A stretch of DNA of 53,556 nt, filler included, from Sluysia triapertura (lineage: Eukaryota), in the NCBI GenBank assembly GCA_046118255.1. It is 4 parts of 4 records of this genome, joined end to end, with 100 filler letters (N's around TTAATTAATTAA, not from the genome) between each part and the next. Parts side by side here need not be neighbours in the genome. Positions count along the whole stretch, not along the records: positions 25,216 to 41,415 come from JBJNIA010208702.1; positions 41,516 to 53,556 come from JBJNIA010145388.1; 2 more parts are not named here. One strand, given 5' to 3'. The notes below the pieces were generated by a model. It saw only the letters and a program-made list of their open reading frames with translations. It did no database searches and had not been told where the DNA came from. Positions within the stretch are counted from its first letter, which is position 1. Each line of letters starts with the position of its first letter. Positions 39,262 through 50,835 of the stretch are shown piece by piece. Both the position numbers and the translations under genes were made by a program.

Positions 39262-39794
39262 TTGTATTAAAATATAGTGTTTGAAACTCTTTAGGAAATC
39301 AGGGATTTCTCTGCAGACTTTGTGATTTCGCTATGGTGTTAGAGAGGTTCGCCCTAGTCTTTGAAACTTGTTCTCTATGTCTTCTACATTGTTTATTTGT
39401 TACTGCTAAGGACTAGTGGAGGATATTTTAAGTCATGATTTTTTATGTATGTAATTATATGCATTTTTTTCCAACATTTCTGGATGTGGTCTCGGTACGC
39501 ATTGGCTGATTATTCCACAGCCAGCCTCAGACATTGCTTTGCCTGGGTCTTGATTTCATCTCTTCGGGAGCCTAGTGATTTGAGCAATGGTTCGATTTCA
39601 GGATCTCATGATCCAAGAGCTCCAACAATAAACGTTTCTAGAGAGACCTTGCATTGGAGTTGCGATTGTAATTTATCTCGCACATCCTCATACTTGGACC
39701 GAGCAATTTCAAAATTTTTCATTAGATCCATTGGTGTTTTGACGTAGATGAGGAACAATTGGGATGAGGATGTGCTATAAGCTCCGCCTAACAA
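39262..39794 (-). mobile_element. 5'-truncated, inactivated RLE-clade (R2/NeSL/Utopia-like) non-LTR retrotransposon
   Basis: One frame reads LFLIYVKTPMD...FEIARSKYE...VSLETFIVGALGS*DP...LLKSLG...CLRLAVE*SANAYRDHI. This fits the IIDVxxP / KY / IVGALGSWDP / SRDIYxEHI C-terminal restriction-like endonuclease pattern, with two in-frame stops and a ~200-nt presumed 3' UTR. Confidence 0.8.
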
Positions 39795-40407
39795 TTTCAG
39801 ATTATTATAGTCAATAGTACTATCATAATTCTACCTTAACAGAATGTTTTCTTCGTCTTTTTTGTTATTATTTAAACATCTCATTCAACTATTACACGAA
39901 CAAATATAACTAATTATAATCTACCATGACGTTTATTTTTGTACGTATTTTCTTTATCTGAACCTGCTGTAAAATGAAGTATCTCTCGTTATGGGTTCGC
40001 TTACAGTGGGAGGGTTAAATCCCATACAGAAAGTATCTAGAAACAAATTAACATCTTGTCATAATAAGTTGAACTTTATCGAACTTTTCTGCTATTCGAA
40101 TAACCTTGCTAGAAGGCTATTAATCTCATAAAAGAAAAATATAGTCTTGGGGTTGTTACTTTTAATTTAAATTAATAATAATAACAAAATTAATTTGGTT
40201 TTTATAATCTCACTAAATTAAATAATCACAAAACCAAATACAAATTATCACAATATACTTTTCTTTATCAATTTGTTGCTTCTTTAGTAATTCATTATTA
40301 GTACCTAATTTATTCCGCTCTAGTATTAAATTTAAAACTTAATAAAATCAAAAAGATTCGAACTCAGATATATTTAATATAATATAAATATGTTACACTT
40401 CATAAAA

Positions 40408-40479
40408 TGGACTGACCGGGGATCGAACCCGGGACCTCTCGATGTGCAGTTCGACGCTCTACTACTGAGCTATCAGCCC
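40408..40479 (-). tRNA. tRNA-Cys(GCA)-like gene with an atypical anticodon arm (possible pseudogene or SINE head)
   Basis: 72 nt: acceptor GGGCTGA/TCAGTCC, D stem GCTC/GAGC, T stem CCGGG/CCCGG with a TTCGATC loop, CTGCACA in the anticodon-loop position, and TTTT immediately downstream. Confidence 0.75.
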
Positions 40480-41415
40480 CGTCTAACAAATTTATTTTGT
40501 TACAGTCAATTTTACCAAATGGCACTTTAGGCCTTTTACAACTACAATTATGACAAACAAATTTAGTTAATCTAAAAATTATGGATTGTCACTAATAATA
40601 GCGAAGTATTTCAATTAAAAATTTAAAATGATATTAATTAACACTTATATTGTAATAAACCATGGGTGATGCAACGAAAATAAAAATATCCTTAAAAGAA
40701 ACTTCCCCTAAAAATAATGATTGACTTTTAAGAATAAACAAAGGAGGACTTTCGAAAAATAATTGTTAATTTTTATAAATAAAGAAAGAATGAAAGAGCT
40801 TTTTTATTTAAAAAATATTAGTTATGAAAATTCAGTAATTAAATTAGTCTGGAATTTCGGTATATTCCTATTTTATACTTTCTCGTCATCCAAGCAATAT
40901 TGAGTTTTACAATCTAGCACTCATTCACATAAATCATTAAAACATCCTTTGCGAATAACAGTTTCGACAATGACACAGTACGGCCTGACAAACTTTATTA
41001 GGTACAGTACACAAATTAATGATTTATGATCATGTATTATTTTATTCTACTCTATTATTTCTCATATTAAAATAATAATTATTAAAATAAAATACATTAA
41101 AATAATGAATTTAATTTTCGTTTTTATAATTTATTTGATTTTCATTCTCAAACAGACATTTCAAACTCACTTCTACGCTCTCTTCTTTCATAGAAATCAT
41201 CTCCTAATTAATTCATTATATTTACATCATTCTAAGTATAAAAAATTTAACATTCCATAATTAAAAATTAATTAAAATTTCAATTTGCTCAACATTAAGG
41301 CTTTCCTTGTGCAAGAAATGGGTATAAGTATAAGTAAAGCAAGAATAAAACTTAAATAGTGAGTTCACCAACGTATTGGGCTTACTAACTTAATGGCCAA
41401 CCGTTGGATTTTTTG

Positions 41416-41515
41416 NNNNNNNNNNNNNNNNNNNNNNNNNNNNNNNNNNNNNNNNNNNNTTAATTAATTAANNNNNNNNNNNNNNNNNNNNNNNNNNNNN
41501 NNNNNNNNNNNNNNN
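41416..41515. other. Artificial contig linker (N44-TTAATTAATTAA-N44)
   Basis: Same structure as the other two. Confidence 0.97.
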
Positions 41516-42559
41516 ATTTGAAACCTGCAATTAAAACTTATTGTAGGTTTGTTTGTAGCTATGGTTTGTAGAAGCTGTTTAATTGATATTCCTCAGAAGT
41601 TCTGCAATCACTATGTACTATCTTACTTTAACCCTAACAAATTCGAACGTAACAATTTAAAGCTCGAACTTAATTGAAATTGTACTAATTTAGTAATATT
41701 AATCTCGCCAATCTTCCTTAAGAGGGTCTCTGAACTTCATCTTCTATTTTATTTTTATAGAATTATTCACAAAAACACAAAAACTAACTGCAATTAATTA
41801 ATATTTTCAGTTCAAATTTTATATAAATTATTACGCGACAAAAACAATAAACATGATAATAATAGTCAAAAAGAAACGGCAAAATTGAGAAGAGAGATTA
41901 ATTCTTACTGCTTACCTCTTTCTGCTTTTAATTATTATTTGTTTATTATTTTTCAGGTTTTAACTCTCATTAAATCGAACAAAATAATTAAAAAGATTTT
42001 AAGTCGAATTTATGACTTAACGGAAATTAAAACTCTAAAACTTAAAATCGTTTTTCAGTTTCGAAACTATTTTAAAAATTTCAAAATAATTATGACAAAA
42101 TTGCCTCTTGTAAGATTCGAAAATTTATTTCGTAGCAAACTTTTTAGTAGAGTAATTAAAATTGTGAATGTTTTCTTATGCAGGAGAGAAAATTTTTTTT
42201 CCTCGGTATTGATATTATTTACTTACTATCTTCAGTAGCATACTATTCATTTCATTAATTTGTAATTATTATTTTTGAGTATAATCATTATTAAAATTAT
42301 TATCATTATTATATTATTGTTTAAAAATTTTTTCGAAGGGTTGTGATGACAACATGACAGAAATATTTAAGAAAAGACAAAGTTCTATTTAAGGAATATT
42401 ATGATGAATGATTTTAAGCGCTTTTGGAGTACTTATTTTATATTAGCACAATATAAATTAATGTACTGTTACTGCTATTGTTACTTATTAGTTTTTAAGG
42501 ATAAATATGTATAAGTAAACATAAAGGTGGTTTATTACTTACAAATATGTGAAATAGTT

Positions 42560-43230
42560 TTATTTGTTAAAGTATGAACCTAAATTGCTTATACTTTTTT
42601 CTCGTATAAGCGGCAGGTTGTTTAGCCTGGTCGAGAATTACTGGAAGTCGAATTTTACATCAGTGTCAGGATTAAATTATTTTTCTATTTATACTTTGTC
42701 CAAATTGCCAAAGAATTGATAGTCAGTGGGGGATAGGTCTGATGAGTATGGGGGATGATAAAGAAGTTCTTTCTCAAATTCATGCAGTAATGATAGTGTC
42801 CTTTGTGCAGTGTGAGGTCTAACGTTATCAAGCAATAAGGTATGAAGAGATCTGTTGACCATTCTAGGTGTTTCGCTTGGTAGCAATATGTTTCAACTGT
42901 GATTGATGAGCCAGGTTTCATGATATCATAATGGATTAAACCTGTGCTATAGCACAAAACATTCATCATAAGTTTCTTTTGATGACGGTTGTGCTTTGGA
43001 GTGTGTTTTGGTGATTTATCCTTGTCCAGCTACTGTGCTAAACATTTGCGATTGTCATGCTAGATCCTTTTCTCATTACAAGTGACAATTCGATTCAAAA
43101 ATGGATCAGTTTTATGACGAGAAAGTAACATCAAGCAAATTTCCAAACGCTTTTTGTTTCTGTTTTTCAGTCAGTTCATGTGGAACTCACTTATCGAAGT
43201 TCCACTCCGTGCCATACTTTCTTTTTTTAT
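42560..43230 (-). mobile_element. Mariner transposase pseudogene
   Basis: In order on the minus strand: DK*VPHELTEKQ, LNRIVTCNEKRI, KKLMMNVLC..GLIHY, LLLDNVRPHTA and HPPYSSDLSPTDYQFF, a mariner-type catalytic motif series. Confidence 0.9.
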
Positions 43231-43896
43231 TTCAGAACTTTCAAGATGTTACTGTTTCTTATATTCTATTTCTTTTTGATTTAAACGTGTTCCTTTGTTT
43301 TAAAATGAATACTTTTTTAATATGCAATATTATATTGAAATTATTAAAATCTGTTTAAGATTATATTTATTTTGATTTAGTATAAAATTAAACTATTAAT
43401 TTTAATTATTACTATAATTTAAATTAAATTTAAATTATTACTATAATTTATTACATTATAATTAAAGTGATTTGCTTTATTTTTAATCTCAAATTCAATT
43501 AATTATAAATATAATAATAATTAAATAAGTTTAAATAAATAAATAAACATTATCTTGGTGAGCAACCAAAACATTATAATCATTAGACAATATCTAACAA
43601 AAGCATATTCTGCATGATATTGTGCAGATCCAGGTTTAAAATCTTCGAACATTTTTATACCTTTACTTAATCATCAAACATAAATTTAAAATTAGCTGCA
43701 AAACCTATGGACAGAATTACCTACATGCCTAGCAAGGTATGGAGTTTATAGAACAATTAGCTAATAATTGATATTCTATTTTATAATAATTCTACAAAAC
43801 TACTTTGGCTTTGATTTTTTTGGAAATCTCCTTACTATTATAGGTTTAGTGGTAAAATTTTGTATATAAAATTTTAATATAACGAATTTTATTAAG

Positions 43897-44127
43897 GTTT
43901 AATGGCAGAAGGAACGAAAGACCAAATAAAACTAGCGCTGGAAAAAGTTATATTATCTCATGTTTCAGTAACTCCAACTGAAGTTATGAAAATAATTGAC
44001 AAACATTTTCAAACAAATGCAAGTAATTCAGAAACAGTTAAAGAAATTCATAATATTCGAAAATTATTTAAAATTATTCGACAGTACGGTATAAAAATTG
44101 GTATTTGTACATCCGATACAAGAGAAG
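43897..44127 (+). CDS. HAD-superfamily phosphatase-like gene, exon with cap region and motif II
   Basis: taAG acceptor and G|gtttat donor. Encodes GLMAEGT...IRKLFKIIRQYGIKIGICTSDTRE (HAD motif II). Confidence 0.85.
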
Positions 44128-44869
44128 GTTTATAAATTAATAATTTTATTAAAGTATATATTAATAACTTTATCACATAGTTATATAAATAAAGTTTTTA
44201 TACATATTTTGAAATGTGTTTCGAAGCGCTCCAATTGTTTTATTCATAAACACCAAAAGAGTAACAATTGTTAAATGTAAAATGGTTGCTGATATCTCAT
44301 TCTCTATCAAACATATAAAATGCGAATGCGTTTAATGTAAAGTTATAATAGATCTTAGCAAAGGAATAGATACAATGAATGTAAATGAAGGTAAGTAACT
44401 CATTAAACATTAATGTTTTAGTATCATTTTCCTTATTAACGTTAAGATGTAAGACATTTAAAAACAATTTAAGATTTGCGCATTAACAAAATATATTTAG
44501 TTGGCATACTATCTTATGACGCCTTTTATTTAATTCGGATTCGAAAAATAAGTCAGAACTTCCTTTACAATTACGCCTAATTAAGTTCATATTACTTATG
44601 AAATGTTTATAATAGCCTTAATCTAAATTATTCATATCTGGGTTTTTGCATTTTAGTATTATTAAGTTTAATTTTATAAAACCGGACATTTTTTTAAAGT
44701 GCAGACACAAATAATAACATCGGTAGTATTTTATGTATTATATTAAAAACAAAAAACATATTTCAATTCAAAGAATTCCTAATCCGATGATCTTTGAAGA
44801 CTAATACTCTAAAACATATATTAATATACAATTTTAAATTCGTAATGCCTCGTTACAATCATGATGTTT

Positions 44870-47720
44870 ATCTTTAAATTGATGACTGAACTTTAAATTT
44901 GTGACGATCATCTTGGAACTTAGAACAAATTTTTAAATTTACATCATTCATGTTTAAACTGTGCAAACCCATCATAAAACACAATAAACATTTAATCTTT
45001 TCAGAGAACTCAGAAAACAAACTTCGAAACTGACTTACATTAAATACTTCAATATGTCCTTTCAATATTTTCTAATATTTAAGAATAACATTTTTCAACC
45101 ATTTAACTTTCAACATTGGCACCAAGATAGCTTAATTCATGATATTATTATACTCTTCATCTCAATAATAAACACAAGAATATCAAACAAGAATTGCGTT
45201 AGACTATTTTGTACACAAGAACTTTCTAATCATTCTTCACTTATCTCAAAATTTGACAATTCTAGATCGCATAATCATTTCACAAGGCTATAACTGTTGC
45301 GCTGTTCCATTTCTTCGTACTAATAGTTCCACTCATGACAATATGGAACATCTAAGAAATTAATCATTGACAGAGACATTAGCCGCTGTCATAAAATTCT
45401 TTGGCATAACCGTATCACCTACAAAAGATGGACTAGTAGAGCAATTCAATAAAACACTCTAAGAACATGTTACAGTCCTACGTAAATTCTAAACATGCAG
45501 ATTGGGATTTCTATATAAAACCCTGTTTATTTACATCAACTACAAAGGAAACACATTTTTATTTAATATATTCCAGTTAATATGGATTGATTAGAATCTC
45601 AATCACGGTATGTGAAAACTCTCGATTATCTGGCGATATAAAAATCCAGATAGAGTAAAACATAGATTAAAGTTGGTTTAAATATAAAACATAAAAGAAT
45701 ATTATGATAAAAAGCCAAAACCCATAACTCTAATTTCAAAAAGATAATCATCTAAATTAAATAGCTCACATGAAGCCATCTGTATTAATCCTATTAATCT
45801 AGAAGTAGTATCAAACAAAACTTTTAAGGAAACTAAAATTGTTCATGTCAGTAGATGTAAAATGTCTGTAACGAAATTTCCATAGAGAAATTCAAAGGCA
45901 GAATATGGTAGTAAAGTAAAATACTATGCTTTCCATGTTCTTACTATAATTAATCATGAGGAGTAACTTATTAATTACTGTAGATGCGTGCAAAGCAAAA
46001 ATATACGACGAATGTCCTGTGAAATTCAGAAGAGACAATTACTTTCTCTCTTTCTATTTTAAGAAAACTTTTTTAAGTACATTACTTTACTATAAACCTT
46101 CGTGCTATTAATATTCATTCAAGGTCATTACAAATGTAGTTTAACAATCCAAGATTTTCAATCCAGTGTGTTGACTACAAGGCTAGAACAAGTAATTGTA
46201 ACGTAATTAGAAATTCTCATACATGAATATTTCAATATCTATTACTTCAGTAGTATAACATGAATCATTGTTTAGTTTGACGATGATGATGATCCCATTG
46301 TTTTCTACTTATCATTATACTAACTCTTTGATTACTACAAAAAAGTTGGAAAATTTATAGCTTACAAAATAGCAGACATCCATCTTATGAAGAAATATCG
46401 TACAACGTTGTATTCATGCAACGTATCGCTTGCACATCATAATAATTTTAATGCTCCAGATGGAATTTACAATCATTACTTTCATTCATAACTATAACAA
46501 GTTATTCACAAAACTGTGTAGCAGATCTTACTTTTTCACTGAAGACACACGAAATAAAGATCTATATGGATCAGAATTTCTATAAATTGCTTTAACTTTA
46601 CAACCACTAATATACCTAATTCAAAAGTGCTTGTTAATTTCAAACAATTACTAATCTGAAACCTGTCTATGAAAGATTTCAGTTACATTTTACAGCATTC
46701 TTTATAGTCTTAGAACAAACGAATCTCCACAAACAAGTGAAACAATTAAAAGTATAACAAATTATCTACAAATTCAGATTACACCTGACTATAAAATTTT
46801 CCTCAATAATCATACCATTTATGGTTCTTTTTGGATGGCCAAACTCGAAGATAAGAATAGTTTAAGAAAATCGCCTTGCTCTACGTCAACAATTATTATC
46901 CAATAGGATCTATAAAGTTCAGGTTGGGGTTTCTATCCTGATAAAACAGCGCAATTTCAAATTTGGACCGAGAGATATAAGAAATTTCGAAAACTTTAAC
47001 TACCTCATGAGGAAAGGAATTATGGCATTTGATACGACATCACTATAAAACCAATAAATCAAACACTTACTACTATCTCAATACTGTTACCTAATAACCT
47101 TCATAATTTTACCATAAAGATTTAACTATAAAGGCAAAGAATAATTGTACATTAAAATTGGTTTGTTTGAGTGAAAAAAACATGTACCTTTTCTATTAAT
47201 TTGATAAAAATTCTAATCATAGCCATAATTATAAAATTCAGTTGGAACACAATTTCTATAATTATCTTTATTTATTACTAGAAGATAATTTGAAGAAATC
47301 TTAGTCAAGAAAACTAGCCATTTGTTGACTAATTCTACAAGTATTGTAGAATAAATAACTTTGTAAAAATAATAAATTATTTGCTATTTAATAATATCCA
47401 ACAAGAAATATTAAAGTAATTTTATTAAGAGCTCGTAAACTAATTGAAGTTGAATAACATTAAAATAATTGTATAAAATTATAACGTTACTAGTTACTTG
47501 TGGTTTATTTGTATGCTTTATTTGGATTGAATAATTATTTACTGTTATCGATAGATTTTAGACAATTAGAAATTAAAAGAATTCAAATTAAGAGTCTATA
47601 CATAAAAGCACTTTCACATCTTAAATCAGATACGAGTAAACTCTAATCTTCATAATAAATTCAATATTAAGTTGAGATTTCATAAAGAATAAATTTAAAA
47701 GAATAAGTCACGAAGAAAAG
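44870..47720 (+). mobile_element. Highly decayed Gypsy/Ty3-like LTR retroelement (integrase plus a possible env-like downstream ORF)
   Basis: Integrase fragments PYH..DGLVEQFNKTL (~45410-45460), DWDFYIKPCLF (~45500) and IVHVSRCK (~45840). Boundaries are approximate and no LTRs were identified. Confidence 0.65.
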
Positions 47721-48084
47721 TTTTTTAACAAAAAATTAAAACAAATAAAATAAATTAACATTACTATGAATAGAAAAGAAGAATTTATTGGTCATAAAAT
47801 AATATTATTTATATTTTGAAACTGTAATCGGAATAAAAGCCCACTTGTTCCTATAAACGAAAAAAACCGTATTAATAAGCTTTTCAGTGATAAACATTAT
47901 TTCAAATAAAAATTTGACTAGGAATGCTGCATTTTTCGCTTTACACGTCTTTATAAAAACTTCCATTGAAATTAAATTATTACTGATTTAAATTTTGCAA
48001 TAATTATAATACTAAATTTTGTGTTTAATAATATTAAAAATTGTTTCTATTTTTGGTATTTTACTTTATTTCTCCCTCTTACAG

Positions 48085-48272
48085 GTACAATATCTTCGTT
48101 GCAAAGTCTTGATGCCCAATTTCTTGTAAATCACTTATGTTGTGGTGATGATCCAGATGGAAAGCCAAAACCAGATCCAACAAATTCACGTTTATTGTCA
48201 CAAAATCTTGGTGTTCCCGTCAACGAAATGGTTATGGTTGGTGATACCAAGACCGATATGGAATTTGGCAAG
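48085..48272 (+). CDS. HAD phosphatase-like exon with motifs III and IV
   Basis: cttacAG acceptor (phase matches the previous exon) and AAG|gtattt donor. Encodes CCGDDPDGKPKPDP...VMVGDTKTDMEFGK. Confidence 0.92.
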
Positions 48273-49418
48273 GTATTTAACTTTTAATTTATTTATTTTA
48301 TATTTTATTAAGTTACTGAATTTAAAATATCCTTAAAGAAATTGAATAGTTGCTTATAATCATGAGTAGGTAGGTCGAATTGTCCTTTTGAGTTGTTTTA
48401 TTTAAATTTTTGCTATAATGCCGATTTTATTTTTATCAAAACGGTAATCGCTTCTCAAAATTAAAAATTGTTAACGTTAAAAATTGGATTAGTGAAAATT
48501 TATTTTCGAAATTATCTTCTAAAAATATCGATTCAATCATGTTACGAATACATTCGTGTTTACTCATCGAATAACGTCAAATAATTAATCTTTCAACTGA
48601 TCAAAATGAGTTTTTCAAATTGTGGAGTGCCCAAAGTTTTTTCCTAAATAAGAAAACTAAATATTATATGAACTTTAATTAATATATACGTTTAAATTGT
48701 TCATACGTAAATATAAATAAAACATTAAACCAATTGGCGAAATTTAGATCAATGTAGGTTTAAGGCCTTGGATGGAATTAACGAAATTATAATTATGCAT
48801 TTCGAAATAATTAAAGAGATTAAACTTCGGTTTAAAGCCATTGAAGCATTTAACAAATTTAATTATTAAAAATATCAACGTGAATAAATAAAACAAACAA
48901 AACTTTTGCTATTATGCACTAAAACGTAAGCCAATACATAAAACAAGTAAAACAAATCAATCGTACCTTTGATCATATTAATATTTTCATAAATTGATGA
49001 TATTCTCATAAAGTGAATCAATACACGTATTAGTTTCTTGAATGGTAAAACTGACATATTGAACAATAGTATTTTTGAATGCGTGACAATATTGAGTATT
49101 GATGAATTGATTTGCATATAATGATCCACATAATTATACACATTAAATTGACTATTCAAGCCATTGCATCGTTTTCTAATAACATGCTGTTTTTTAGAAC
49201 ATATAATCAACAGAAGAAAATCATTTTACAGTCAATGATTTTTAAATGAACCTAGTTACTATTGATTATATTTATTTTATATACTAAATTTCCTTGTTAT
49301 TAAAAATCTAGCAGTGTGACAAGGTATAATATTGATTTTTTAATTTATTTTTCACTAATAATTTTTAATAATATTTTTTAAAGATAATTTAATAATATTT
49401 TGGTAATAGTATAACAAA

Positions 49419-49512
49419 TAATAGTATAATAGTATAATAGTATAATAGTATAATAATAGAATAGTATAATAGTATAATAGTATACTAGTATACTAGTTTA
49501 ATAGTAATAGTA
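49419..49512. repeat. 8-bp tandem repeat (AATAGTAT)n
   Basis: About 11 imperfect copies, read directly. Confidence 0.9.
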
Positions 49513-50451
49513 TAAAATAATATATTTTAATAATAATTTAATAATATATCATTTCACGATGTATTTATAAAAGTTAAAAAAATTTCTTTAACATTAAATT
49601 ACATTTAAATTACATTTTAAATTACATTACCGAAGCATTCGATTATTTAGATAAAGATTCCAATGAAAGATTACATTTTAGAGGTTTTGAAGATGTTATG
49701 ATTGCTTTGTGTTATTATATGCAAAAAGATAGAGTTCTTTCTGTTTCAGAAATATAATAGTGAATGTTTTATTTTAACAATCTTGGACAATGTAACGAAA
49801 CATGTATAAGGGGAAGTGAAAAAAGTGATACCAGTAAAAAATGTGAGAAACGATAAAAATATATACATAAAGATAAACACAGATATAGGAAAAGAACAAG
49901 AAACAAAACATTGTAACAATGGTAATAGTTACTATTATTATAATTGCAATTTATTACGACTGCGTTTATGATTTGTATATATCTTTAGTGTAGTATTGGT
50001 GTATTGTAGTTTGTTTATTAATTTATTTATGGAACAGCGTTGATTTGTAATGAAATTTATTTATGACTGTGATGAGTTGTAATTTATTCAACTACAATTT
50101 TGTTCAGTTGAAAACTAAGAGAAGTGTTTTATATATGCAATAAGATCGAATTTAGATAAATTAGTGACGATTTGACAATTAGGAGCTGTCAAGTATTGCA
50201 TTTGAGTTACTCCATATCATTAGTTTAAATTTTTAACCTATCTTTTTGATTTTAACTCTTAAGCGTCTTTGATAGGATTTAAATCGTCGAGCATAGGTGA
50301 ACACGAATTTAAACTATATTTGCAACAAGGTTTAATTTTAAATTACTTAAAAAATCCCATCATATATATAATAGTAAATTTTTCGTGTAAGAATGACAGT
50401 AAGATTTCATGCCATTCTTATTTTAATTATTATAGGCTTGGTAATTATAAA

Positions 50452-50482
50452 TAATAATAATTATTATTATTTGACTAATTAC

Positions 50483-50530
<48 letters not shown>
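50452..50530. repeat. (AAT)/(ATT)n microsatellite
   Basis: Direct reading. Confidence 0.9.
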
Positions 50531-50531
<1 letters not shown>

Positions 50532-50575
50532 AAATTGTTATTATAGAAGAGTAACATTCTAACATACGTATTTAG

Positions 50576-50835
50576 AATTCAGGAATGGCTTACAGAATCG
50601 GAGTTCTAAGTGGTATTGGTGATTCAGAACATTTACTGAATGCAGGAGCAGACGTTGTAATTCAATCAGTTCAGGATATTCTACCTCATTTAATTCCAGA
50701 GACTCCTATTAATTTAACCTATGAATCAAAATTAATTAAATCTCATTATTGGAATCTTATTATTTTGGACAAAGATGGTACTTTAACAGATTTACACAAT
50801 AAATACAAAAAGTGGGCATTATTACTTGGAGAAAG
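50576..50835 (+). CDS. HAD phosphatase-like exon: end of one HAD domain and motif I of a second
   Basis: tttAG acceptor (phase 0) and AG|gttgta donor. Encodes NSGMAYRIGVLSGIG...AGADVVIQSVQDI, then LIILDKDGTLTDL..KW. Confidence 0.9.

Noticed and set aside
39606-39608. TGA at a conserved Trp position as evidence of a variant genetic code
   Set aside because: The same frame also has a TAA stop, and host exons use TGG for Trp with no in-frame TGA. Simple pseudogene decay explains it.
43762-43843. Upstream HAD exon (…YFGFDFFGNLLTII-G|gtttag)
   Set aside because: No AG acceptor between the nearest in-frame stop and this stretch.
46539-46570. Minimal hammerhead ribozyme (CTGAAGA-CACAC-GAAA)
   Set aside because: No stem II and no convincing stem I/III with an NUH site. 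CTGATGAG at ~4466 also lacks a following GAAA.
3633-50835. PLC + Pumilio + HAD as a functional gene cluster
   Set aside because: The genes lie on different contigs joined by artificial linkers.
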